64,000 nt of DNA from Euryarchaeota archaeon UBA552. GTDB lineage: Archaea; Thermoplasmatota; Poseidoniia; Poseidoniales; Thalassarchaeaceae. Both the position numbers and the translations under genes were made by a program. Below the pieces are notes generated by a model that had not been told where the DNA came from, searched no databases, and was given only the letters and a program-made list of their open reading frames with translations. Below are positions 38,948 through 47,896 of this stretch, piece after piece; within the stretch, counting starts at the first letter, position 1, and each line of letters starts with the position of its first letter. The stretch is taken from the NCBI GenBank assembly GCA_002499585.1, contig DAMH01000009.1:3396-67395 (forward strand), written 5' to 3'.

Positions 38948-40294
38948 TCACGAACCCCTTCTGGCAAGTGAGCCCATCGGATCCCAGGCTGGTAGAACCA
39001 CCGGGTCTGTGGATAGACCGGCGACCATCTCGGCGGTCAGTTTAGAACTCGGTGCAGCTATCTCAAACATGTAATCGTCAAACCAGCTGTCATTCATTAC
39101 GAAGAAACCCTTCTCTCCGCTGTCTTTCACTCCCCATGAATTTTCAACTCTCCATTTTCTCGGCTCACCATCGATCACGTCTACACCTGTGAACAGCATA
39201 GCATGCGTCATCACGGTTTGTCCATGGATCAAGCGATCCCGCTTATTCATCCCGAATTCAAAACCGTAAAGTGACTCCAAGTCAAATAATTTCGAATCCC
39301 ATAGCCCCCTCTTCCTGTGCATCTGTTTACCCACATCGCAGCCCATCCAAACCGGGACACCTTCCTGCAGGATTTCCATCGTGACCCTCTTCATTTCCTC
39401 CATGGGAACATTGAGGTATACAACGGGAGGGCCTCCAGTGACGTTCTGTAGCCTGTCGACGGTGTAGGTTCTGTACATTTCATTCCGTGGGTCGTTGACT
39501 AAACAGACGTAATCCTCCCAACTGACATCAACATACTCCGATGTAAATTGCCCCGGAGTCATCCTTCCTTTTCGATGAAAGTTTCCGTCCTTATCCGTCC
39601 ATTGCCAATCGAACGATTCTGGAGGGGTTCCGAGGTGGATACACAGTAACCTCCAAACGTTACTGATGATCTCTTCCTTCCTTTTTCGGATTGATTCTAG
39701 ACCTTCCCCTTTCGCAACCATTCCTCTTAGTTCGCACGCCGAGGACCTCAACAAGTCTCTCAGACTAGCGTTCATCCAACGCGTTGCACTGCTGGAAGAT
39801 GACTCTGGATAGACTGACTTCGGGACGAGCCCATGCCTTCGTATCAAATTCATCGCCATGTTCCATTGGCCACCATCACCGATTGGATCACTTAGCAGGA
39901 AATGAACAGTCCGATCATCCACCTTCTTTCCACCGAGGTCGATCATTGACTCAAGGAAACAATTTGACCGCTCGAATTTATCCCAAAAGTGAATATGAGC
40001 CTGACTAAACTCGAATTCTTTGATGTTCATTTTCTTCATAGCTCCCGGCCTGAAAAGGTTTAGAGCCGCAAAAAGCCAACATCGCCCACTCGATTTCTGA
40101 TTCGTAGCAGACCAATCGTCTAACTTTATGCTGAATGTTGAATTCATGCTTTGTACCAGACTACGATCCAATGCAACATCTACAAAACGCCCATTTGTGA
40201 CCGCATTTTGAACTATCTTTGAGGTAGGGTGCTTCAAGAACTTCAATCTCAAGGCTTGAATCATCTCTGGGGTTACAGAACCGTCGTCGGACAT
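38948..40294 (-). CDS. pepC: Aminopeptidase C / bleomycin hydrolase (C1B)
   Basis: NQKSSGRCWLFA, DGGQW, THAMLFTG, VENSWG, WDPMGSLA. Confidence 0.96.
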   Translation of the reverse strand: MSDDGSVTPEMIQALRLKFLKHPTSKIVQNAVTNGRFVDVALDRSLVQSMNSTFSIKLDDWSATNQKSSGRCWLFAALNLFRPGAMKKMNIKEFEFSQAHIHFWDKFERSNCFLESMIDLGGKKVDDRTVHFLLSDPIGDGGQWNMAMNLIRRHGLVPKSVYPESSSSSATRWMNASLRDLLRSSACELRGMVAKGEGLESIRKRKEEIISNVWRLLCIHLGTPPESFDWQWTDKDGNFHRKGRMTPGQFTSEYVDVSWEDYVCLVNDPRNEMYRTYTVDRLQNVTGGPPVVYLNVPMEEMKRVTMEILQEGVPVWMGCDVGKQMHRKRGLWDSKLFDLESLYGFEFGMNKRDRLIHGQTVMTHAMLFTGVDVIDGEPRKWRVENSWGVKDSGEKGFFVMNDSWFDDYMFEIAAPSSKLTAEMVAGLSTDPVVLPAWDPMGSLARRGS

Positions 40295-40333
40295 GGCCAC
40301 AGATGTCTGGTTAGGCACTTTGTACTTCCCTGT

Positions 40334-41176
40334 TCAGATCTCGGACAACTCTGCTAGACCGACAGAAATTAATGTCTCACTGAATCTCTTAGAGAACAAA
40401 TGAACTTCGCCGCTGACTATGGATATTTCACGGCCTTCCTCGTCTATCACGGGATCTTCACTGTCTTGAATAATTCGGATTCGGACCAGATTTACGTCAG
40501 TCTCAGATGGTGTAGGAGGCGGTGGAGAGTCGATGTATCCTGCGTCAATAGCCCTTATTCGGTCTTCCTCATCAATTTCTGGATCATCCCAATCATTGGA
40601 TCTTTTTGGACTAGGACTGGGCAGGGGGGCCAGTCCATCCTGATCTTCGCCATCATTGAATCTGCTTAAACTAGGCTCGCCCACCGAAATGTCTTCACTG
40701 TCCTCCACGCCCATCAGGACGTTCCATGAAGATAACCTCCGGAAACGCTCGACAGACAGTGATATCTCAGAGTGGAATGATCTCTCTTTTGCATCCATCT
40801 TCGACCAGTCAATCGTGACACCGCTTTTCCTCCCCGTTTTGCCTCTGTCCTCTAACAGCGATTCAATAACTGCGTTGTTAGTAAGCGCGTTCAATCTCAG
40901 GTTAGCTAGATTGCGCAGTTGGGTCCGAATATTGGATATCCTTCTGGTCGCGGTGGATAAGCGGGCGCTACCAATCCCCTCCCGCCTCATTTGATCTACC
41001 TCTTGTTCTAAGTGGATAACCAACTTAACGACAAGGCTCCAAAAATCTGGAAATGGGAGTTTGACAGGTACCTGTTTCGACCTTTGCTGTCTGGCAACCT
41101 CGAATATTGCCTTCTCTATCCTGTCCAACTCGACACTGGTAAGGGCATCTGCCTGATCATCGTCCACCCCTCTCAC
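40334..41176 (-). CDS. Probable GINS (Gins51-type) DNA replication complex subunit
   Basis: Helical N-terminal A-domain, acidic/Pro linker, C-terminal B-domain pattern LVRIRII.D...IDEEGREISI..GEV..F....ETLI..GLAE. Confidence 0.65.
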   Translation of the reverse strand: MRGVDDDQADALTSVELDRIEKAIFEVARQQRSKQVPVKLPFPDFWSLVVKLVIHLEQEVDQMRREGIGSARLSTATRRISNIRTQLRNLANLRLNALTNNAVIESLLEDRGKTGRKSGVTIDWSKMDAKERSFHSEISLSVERFRRLSSWNVLMGVEDSEDISVGEPSLSRFNDGEDQDGLAPLPSPSPKRSNDWDDPEIDEEDRIRAIDAGYIDSPPPPTPSETDVNLVRIRIIQDSEDPVIDEEGREISIVSGEVHLFSKRFSETLISVGLAELSEI

Positions 41177-41281
41177 CTGTACTACCGTTGAGTTAGCGAT
41201 CCTTCAATGATTCCTAACCGCCACACGAATTAAGCTTCATGATTCCGACGCACTCAATAGCATATGCTTCCTCCCCAGAGT

Positions 41282-41366
41282 GCAGGTGTACCCGAGTGGT
41301 CAAAGGGGGCGGGCTCAAGATCCGCTGCATAGTGCTTCGCAGGTTCGAATCCTGCCGCCTGCACCA
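41282..41366 (+). tRNA. tRNA-Leu(CAA)
   Basis: Acceptor GCAGGTG/CGCCTGC-A-CCA; anticodon arm GCGGG-CT CAA GA-TCCGC; long variable arm; TTCGAAT. Confidence 0.95.
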
Positions 41367-41459
41367 AGATGTATGAATAAACGTAGATTGCCTGATTATG
41401 AGCAGAAATGCTGTCATATTGGAACACCAATTAAAACAATAGAGCACCTCTTCAGATCT

Positions 41460-44400
41460 ATGTCGTCTATGAGGATGTCATCTGGAACACTCGTGCTACT
41501 GATGATTTTGAGCGTTATGTCACCATTTGTCCAAGCAGACACACAAATGCCTGAAGATTCGAAAACCACGAACTCGCTTTTTCCTCATGACACACCGACG
41601 ATCGACGCACTCTCTCCAGAATTACAGTGGTCCATTGCGAGAGCAAACTACCCCGTAGCGACCCTACCAACCGACTTTGAGCCACGTGATTGGACCATCA
41701 TTACGAAAAGCGTAGAATCTTTGACGACCATAACGCATTCGGAAAAAATTACACCAGTTACATTTCTTGAGAACTTTTACACAGTCCCAGGTGATTCAAT
41801 TGACATCAGAGATCTCAGGATCCTTCAGGACCTAAACAAGATCGAGCTCTTCTACCCTGATGATCCGGGCTTGGAACCGGTTTCTATGTCAGTTCCAAAT
41901 GATCCATTGGTTACTGACCAATGGCACCTAATCAACACTGGTCAGGACGGCTCTCAAGGTGTGGACCTCAACATCACCGGTGCATGGGACAGATACAATG
42001 GTTCAGGAGTCTTGATCCGAATCATAGACGATGGATTGGATGTGAATCATGAAGACCTACAAGCAAATCACGATCAAGCAACATCCTATGATTACTGTGA
42101 CAATGATCCAGATCCGAGTCCGGTTGAAACCTCTGACAACCACGGAACTGCCGTAGCAGGCGTGGCTGCGGGCATTGGAAACAACAATATTGGTATTGCC
42201 GGGGTGGCTTGGGGGGCTTCTCACAATCATGCAAGGTTCCTTTGCGGTGGCAGCGTTGTACCCGCTTTGTCTGATTTCAATCAGGTTATCGATGTTTATC
42301 ACAACTCATGGGGATATGGTGGCGCAGGGTATCAAGGTTTGAGTCCGAGTAGTGCCGCTATGCTCCAGGCAGGGGCTTATGAGGGAAGGTCCTCGCTGGG
42401 GAGCATATTCACATTCTCAGCGGGAAATGAGTACACGGCGGACGAAAACGTAAACCAGAAAGGATTCCAGAAGTCCAGATACACAATAGCGATAGGTGCC
42501 GTGACGTACGCCGGGGTACAATCGTGGTATTCCAGTATCGGAGCACCTGTTTTGGTCGTTGGTCCCTCTAATGGCGGATCTCTAGGAATCACAACAGCGG
42601 ATAGAACTGGAGCCGAGGGTTACAGTTCTACAAATTACACAAATACATTCGGTGGGACCTCATCCTCCGGGCCAAAGGTTGCAGGCCTGACAGGATTGAT
42701 ACTCGAAGCCGATCCGTCATTAACATGGAGAGACATACAGGGAATTCTGGTACACTCTTCAACAAAAAATGATCCGAGTCATGAGAACTGGTCGGTCAAC
42801 GGAGCGGGACTCCCAGTCAGTCACTACTACGGCTTTGGCATGGTCGACGCCACAGCTGCCGTCAACTTAGCAGAAAATTGGACGTATCTCGGACCGGAGG
42901 TCAACGTCTCCTCCCCCCTCTACACCCCGTCGGTTAATATCCCATCCAGTGGATCACCATTATCATTTAGCCACACCTTCAATGACATGGTAAATATTGA
43001 GAGCGTGGAATTGTTCATGGATATAGATCATCCTGACCCGGAAGATCTGATAATCACACTCACATCTCCCGATGGCTACACTTCTATACTTGCAGACACC
43101 AATCCGGCAGACTATGGTAACATGAGATTCCACGACATGGTGAGTATGCACCATTATGATGAGATAAGTTCTGGAACTTGGACAATCGAAATACTAGACG
43201 TGAACCCCAGTGCTTCGGATGGCACCGTAAATAACTGGCAACTAGTTGTGCACGGAACGGAAGCCGATGCTGACGGGGACGGCTGGACTGATGAGGAGGA
43301 GGCTTTGTGCGGATCCCTTCTTAGCGACCCAATTTCAACACCAAGTGATATCGACGAGGATGGCACCTGTGACGCAATGGATGACGATGTGGACGGAGAT
43401 AGCTGGATCAATGTGGCCGAGCTAGCCTGCGGTACCGACCCTTATGATTCACTAAGCACACCGATATCTGATACAGACTTGGACGGCCTGTGCGATGATG
43501 TTGACATGGACGATGACGGAGATGGAATTGAAGACAATATGGACGCATTCCCCTTGGATGGCCAAGCATGGAATGACACGGACAGTGATGGAATGGCCGA
43601 TGAGACTTACAAACCGGTTTGCTGCAACTACGAATCCGAAGACTTCGAGAACCCGTCAATAAACTCCACATTTCAGTTCGAACTCGGGTCTCCGCCCATC
43701 TGGATCAGAAATAATTCAGCCTCCAATACCGGTAACTATTCCATGAGGGCAGGCCAAGTTTCAGACAGTTCAGCTTCAACGATAAGTATGACTTTGAGCA
43801 CAGGAGAAGCGAACGGTAGTTTTGCGCTCAAGGTTGATTCCGAAACCAACTACGACTTCCTTGTGTTTTACATAAACGAAATTCAAATCGAGTCGTGGTC
43901 AGGTAATGTAGACTGGACAACATTCAGTTTTGAGTTAACAGCAGGGACGAATGTTCTGAAGTGGTCTTACATCAAGGATTACACTGTGTCGTCGGGCCTA
44001 GATACCGCTTGGATTGATGATATCTCCCTTCCCACCAGCCTCTTCATGACGAACCCAGAAACAACAGACTTCGGAACCAACAGGGATCATGATGATGACA
44101 ACGACGGAGTCGATGACGAATTAGACCAATTCCCGCTGGACGGGTCAGAATCAGCAGACTTCGACGAAGATGGGATCGGGGACAATTCAGACTTGGATGA
44201 TGACAACGACGGATGGTTGGATTTGATTGAGTTACAGTGCGGCTTCGATCCACGGGACAACTCATCCGTACCATCAGACTATGATCAGGATACCGTGTGT
44301 GACTTTCTAGATCCGGATGATGACAATGATGGTTACTCTGATACAGTTGACGACTTTCCCCTGAATACCTCTGAGTGGGTAGATTCTGACTTAGATGGCC

Positions 44401-45839
44401 TTGGCGATAACTTTGATCTTGACGATGACGACGATGGGTACAATGACACTGATGACGACTTCCCACTCGATCCCTCTGAATGGGATGACCTAGACGGTGA
44501 CGGAGTTGGTTCAAACGAGGATACAGATGATGACGGTGACGGGGTTTTGGACATTGATGATGCATTCCCGAATGATCAAGATGAATTCATTGACACCGAC
44601 TCTGATGGTGTAGGCGACAATGCTGACACCGATGATGACGGTGACGGGGTGTTAGATGTGAATGACATATTCCCCCTAAACTCGACTGAATGGTCGGATT
44701 TTGACTTGGATGGTTTAGGAGATAACTCCGATGAAGACGATGATAATGACGGAATCGATGACTCTGATGACATGTTCCCCAACGACCAAAATGAATACGT
44801 CGACACAGACTCCGATGGGCTTGGTGACAATGCTGACACCGACGATGACGGTGATGGCACACCAGATGTCAATGATGCCTTCCCTCTGGATCCACTTGAG
44901 ACAATCGACACGGATTCAGACGGAATCGGTGACAATACCGATATCGACGATGACGGAGACGGCGTTCAGGATGAACAAGATGCGTTCCCAAAGAGTCCAG
45001 CTGAGTCAGTTGACTCGGATGGCGATGGACTCGGTGACAACGCCGACACCGACGATGATGGTGATAGCATCCCGGATTTTGACGATATTTTCCCGCTTAA
45101 CGCCGGCGAGTGGTCTGATTTAGACATGGACGGAATTGGCGATAATGCAGATTCTGATGACGACGGCGATAACGTGTCGGACGTCGATGATGCATTCCCC
45201 TCCAATTCTGACGAGTGGTCGGATTTCGACATTGATGGAATTGGCGATAATGCAGATCTCGATGATGATGGAGATGATGTGGATGACGAGAGTGATAATT
45301 GTCCCGAAACGACCAGTGTAATGGGAGCTGCAGATGCCAATGGGTGTGCAGCACAACAAAGAGACACGGATGGCGACGGGATTACTGACGATCTGGATTC
45401 TGACGATGACGGCGATGGATGGACAGACATACAGGAAGTTGCTTGTGGATTCCCAGAGCTGGATTCCTCTACATCCCCGATTGATACAGATGATGACGGC
45501 CTGTGTGATGTAATAGACCAAGACGATGACGATGACGGAGTTTTGGATTCCGATGACGCCTTCCCCTTGGATGGCACAGAAACAATAGATTCTGACGAGG
45601 ATGGAATCGGTGACAACTCAGATTCCGATGACGATAATGACGGAGTTTTGGATTCCGATGACGCCTACCCACTCGACTCATCGAGAACGTTTGATGAGAG
45701 AATCCTCATGGTTGCAATTGGCTTGGGCTCGATACTTGGCACCATCTTGGTGATGACTTCACTCCTCGGTTTCAGAAGACGACCCAAGAGGGCTAAGAAT
45801 GAAGACATTCAAATCATGCTAGAAGCACTGGAAGAATGA
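41460..45839 (+). CDS. Kexin-like S8 protease with P-domain, beta-sandwich domain, many thrombospondin type-3-like Ca-binding repeats and a C-terminal TM
   Basis: IIDDG, HGTAVAG, FSAGN, GGTSSSGP, LTWRDIQ, YGFGMVDA; P-domain (HPDPEDLIITLTSPDG...GTWTIEI); DxDxDGxGDNxDxDDDxDG repeats; TM followed by RRRPK. The tracked start at 41280 lies in the tRNA. Confidence 0.93.
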   Translation: MSSMRMSSGTLVLLMILSVMSPFVQADTQMPEDSKTTNSLFPHDTPTIDALSPELQWSIARANYPVATLPTDFEPRDWTIITKSVESLTTITHSEKITPVTFLENFYTVPGDSIDIRDLRILQDLNKIELFYPDDPGLEPVSMSVPNDPLVTDQWHLINTGQDGSQGVDLNITGAWDRYNGSGVLIRIIDDGLDVNHEDLQANHDQATSYDYCDNDPDPSPVETSDNHGTAVAGVAAGIGNNNIGIAGVAWGASHNHARFLCGGSVVPALSDFNQVIDVYHNSWGYGGAGYQGLSPSSAAMLQAGAYEGRSSLGSIFTFSAGNEYTADENVNQKGFQKSRYTIAIGAVTYAGVQSWYSSIGAPVLVVGPSNGGSLGITTADRTGAEGYSSTNYTNTFGGTSSSGPKVAGLTGLILEADPSLTWRDIQGILVHSSTKNDPSHENWSVNGAGLPVSHYYGFGMVDATAAVNLAENWTYLGPEVNVSSPLYTPSVNIPSSGSPLSFSHTFNDMVNIESVELFMDIDHPDPEDLIITLTSPDGYTSILADTNPADYGNMRFHDMVSMHHYDEISSGTWTIEILDVNPSASDGTVNNWQLVVHGTEADADGDGWTDEEEALCGSLLSDPISTPSDIDEDGTCDAMDDDVDGDSWINVAELACGTDPYDSLSTPISDTDLDGLCDDVDMDDDGDGIEDNMDAFPLDGQAWNDTDSDGMADETYKPVCCNYESEDFENPSINSTFQFELGSPPIWIRNNSASNTGNYSMRAGQVSDSSASTISMTLSTGEANGSFALKVDSETNYDFLVFYINEIQIESWSGNVDWTTFSFELTAGTNVLKWSYIKDYTVSSGLDTAWIDDISLPTSLFMTNPETTDFGTNRDHDDDNDGVDDELDQFPLDGSESADFDEDGIGDNSDLDDDNDGWLDLIELQCGFDPRDNSSVPSDYDQDTVCDFLDPDDDNDGYSDTVDDFPLNTSEWVDSDLDGLGDNFDLDDDDDGYNDTDDDFPLDPSEWDDLDGDGVGSNEDTDDDGDGVLDIDDAFPNDQDEFIDTDSDGVGDNADTDDDGDGVLDVNDIFPLNSTEWSDFDLDGLGDNSDEDDDNDGIDDSDDMFPNDQNEYVDTDSDGLGDNADTDDDGDGTPDVNDAFPLDPLETIDTDSDGIGDNTDIDDDGDGVQDEQDAFPKSPAESVDSDGDGLGDNADTDDDGDSIPDFDDIFPLNAGEWSDLDMDGIGDNADSDDDGDNVSDVDDAFPSNSDEWSDFDIDGIGDNADLDDDGDDVDDESDNCPETTSVMGAADANGCAAQQRDTDGDGITDDLDSDDDGDGWTDIQEVACGFPELDSSTSPIDTDDDGLCDVIDQDDDDDGVLDSDDAFPLDGTETIDSDEDGIGDNSDSDDDNDGVLDSDDAYPLDSSRTFDERILMVAIGLGSILGTILVMTSLLGFRRRPKRAKNEDIQIMLEALEE
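44085..45690 (+). repeat. Intragenic array of about 35-aa Asp-rich TSP3-like repeats
   Basis: Recurring DxFPxDxxExxDxDxDGxGDNxDxDDD units; an exact 30-bp duplicate at 45532-45561 and 45637-45666 (105-nt spacing). Confidence 0.85.
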
Positions 45840-45855
45840 CAAACGGAGCCAAATA

Positions 45856-47100
45856 ATGGCTAAAATTAGAACTTTCCCTGAAGATTTTCAGGTTGACGAA
45901 CAAGAACCGAAACCGGGACTGGTCGTCAGAGCAGATCCCAACCAACCATTCATCGTCTTCAGGCTACGGAAAAAGGGGTGGGAGACTCAAGCTCTTCTGG
46001 CGAAAATTTCGAAAGACAGAGGAATCCCCCCCTCTGCATGGGGTCTTTCTGGGCTGAAAGACAAGAGGTCTGTCACCACCCAGTTAGTATCCCTCCCTCA
46101 TAGATACGCTCCTGATAGAGTCATATCTGGAAAAGACTGGGAACTAGTTTTCTTTGGTGGGTCCAATCGCCCACTGAAGTCGGGAGACCACCAGGGAAAT
46201 ATGTTCAACATACTAGTCCGGGACATCACCAATCGCGGGGTACAACTTCTCCCTGGTCGAATTTCTCAAATGAAAAAGATAGGGATACCAAATTGGTTTG
46301 ACTCTCAGAGGTTTGGATCAGCATCTAGAGGACAACTGCCTGGGAGTTTTGTCGTGCAAGGCGATTTAATCGGAGCCATGAAGATCCATTTGACAGGACC
46401 ACAAAAATTCGACAGATCTTCTAGAAGGAGAGATAAAAATCGATTAAGTGAGATATGGCCAAATATCCATAAAATCGACGCTAATTCGCTTGAATACAGA
46501 CCTTTTGCTAGGATTCTCAAAGCTTGGAAAACCCCCAACTCTTCAACAGATGAATCAGCAAGACTAGCCTATCAAGCAGTACCAAAATCCCTGAGAGGCC
46601 TTTGGCTATCTTCTTGGCAGTCAGCATTATGGAATGACGCACTGAGGGAAATCTTACATTCAGCGTATGAGAATCATCTTCTTAGGTCTGTAGAAATTGG
46701 TGTTGGCGGCCCTGTAATATACCCAGAGGCCCCGGTTGGAAGAAGGGGAAAATCAAAACACTCTCTGGTTCAGAGCATATCGAGGGTACTTGGATCCATC
46801 CCCAAAGTCCTAGAAATGCCTACACCATTCCCAAATGAAAATCGGCTTGTGCACCCAACTATTTCCAGAAGGATCTCTAAAACATCACCAAAATCCCTGG
46901 AGGTATTAGAGGATCTAAAAATTAAGATCGCCACATTCGACCGTGAGACTGTGATATTTCCTAATGATTTTAGTTGGGATGACCCTGAAATAGATGACGT
47001 TCATGGATCTCCCAAACATAAGAGATGGAAATGTAAGATTTCGTTTAAGCTGCCGAATGGGGCCTACGCAACAAATGTGGTCAGACGACTTTTTGATTGA
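45856..47100 (+). CDS. truD: tRNA pseudouridine(13) synthase TruD
   Basis: PEDFQVDE, GLKDKRSVTTQ (catalytic Asp), GNMFNILVR, PNWFDSQRFG, FKLPNGAYAT. Confidence 0.93.
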   Translation: MAKIRTFPEDFQVDEQEPKPGLVVRADPNQPFIVFRLRKKGWETQALLAKISKDRGIPPSAWGLSGLKDKRSVTTQLVSLPHRYAPDRVISGKDWELVFFGGSNRPLKSGDHQGNMFNILVRDITNRGVQLLPGRISQMKKIGIPNWFDSQRFGSASRGQLPGSFVVQGDLIGAMKIHLTGPQKFDRSSRRRDKNRLSEIWPNIHKIDANSLEYRPFARILKAWKTPNSSTDESARLAYQAVPKSLRGLWLSSWQSALWNDALREILHSAYENHLLRSVEIGVGGPVIYPEAPVGRRGKSKHSLVQSISRVLGSIPKVLEMPTPFPNENRLVHPTISRRISKTSPKSLEVLEDLKIKIATFDRETVIFPNDFSWDDPEIDDVHGSPKHKRWKCKISFKLPNGAYATNVVRRLFD

Positions 47101-47106
47101 TAATGG

Positions 47107-47844
47107 TTAATCCTCTAGCAATCTTCCTAACATTTCAATTACCCCTTTGGGGCCTTTATTTCTGGTTATTGAAGTGGCCGATGACTTGACAACGTCGAGA
47201 TGATCATCTACCGCCACTGAAAACCCTGTCAGGTTAAACATTGGAACATCATTCAGCGCATCCCCACATGACAGGACCCGTTCTGGTTCAACCCCCCTTC
47301 TTGGAAGCATTATTTCTAGCGCTGTCCTCTTGTTAATTCCTGTCTCTGTGACATGGATTGCAAATCCCGTCCCAACAATCCGGAGATCGGAGAATTCAGA
47401 TTCCTTCAGTAGCTCCCTCATTTTTCCTATATCCTGTGGTCCTGATATGCACCATTCGGTTTCCCTCCATCTGTTTGACTCTATACCTCGGGGGTCAATC
47501 GAATTGATTTTTGTTGATAGCCATTCAATGGATTCCCTGCACCTATCGCCATTGGCTCGCAGCTCTATTTGCTGTCCTTTTGGACCGTCCCACAAAACTC
47601 CTCCATTCTCTGCGATGATAAACCCAGAAAGGCCAAGGGCTTGATGTATAGGCGTGAGGTTCGGCAGCGTCCGACCTGAGGCCAATGAGACCGTGACCCC
47701 CCTTTCTTCAACACTCTTCACTAGTTTGATCAGGCCTGGTACCATCCCCCCTCTGTCCATCAGAGTACCATCTACATCGAACACAATCATGTCAATTTCA
47801 TCAATTCCGGGAATGTCCAGACCACCCTCAGTCGGTACGACCAT
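47107..47844 (-). CDS. HAD-IIB (Cof-type) hydrolase, archaeal phosphoglycolate phosphatase-like
   Basis: FDVDGTL, LASGR, IAENGG, INK, CGDALNDVPMF. Confidence 0.9.
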   Translation of the reverse strand: MVVPTEGGLDIPGIDEIDMIVFDVDGTLMDRGGMVPGLIKLVKSVEERGVTVSLASGRTLPNLTPIHQALGLSGFIIAENGGVLWDGPKGQQIELRANGDRCRESIEWLSTKINSIDPRGIESNRWRETEWCISGPQDIGKMRELLKESEFSDLRIVGTGFAIHVTETGINKRTALEIMLPRRGVEPERVLSCGDALNDVPMFNLTGFSVAVDDHLDVVKSSATSITRNKGPKGVIEMLGRLLED

Positions 47845-47866
47845 GCCCCTCGGGATAAACCGCAGT

Positions 47867-47871
47867 TTGAA
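47867..47871. promoter_or_regulatory. TATA-like element probably shared by divergent promoters (representative of a recurring motif)
   Basis: TTGAA begins 30 nt before the P-ATPase ATG; read on the minus strand as TTCAA, it begins 27 nt before the HAD ATG. Confidence 0.55.
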
Positions 47872-47896
47872 GTTCTACGGGCTCACATAGCAATAC

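Noticed and set aside
44044..45681. Long antisense Ser- or His/Arg-rich ORFs
   Set aside because: Shadows of GAT/GAC-rich codons on the opposite strand.
44085..45690. Periodic repeats as a CRISPR array
   Set aside because: The repeats are degenerate at third codon positions, lie in frame within a CDS and encode TSP3-like units; no cas genes are present.
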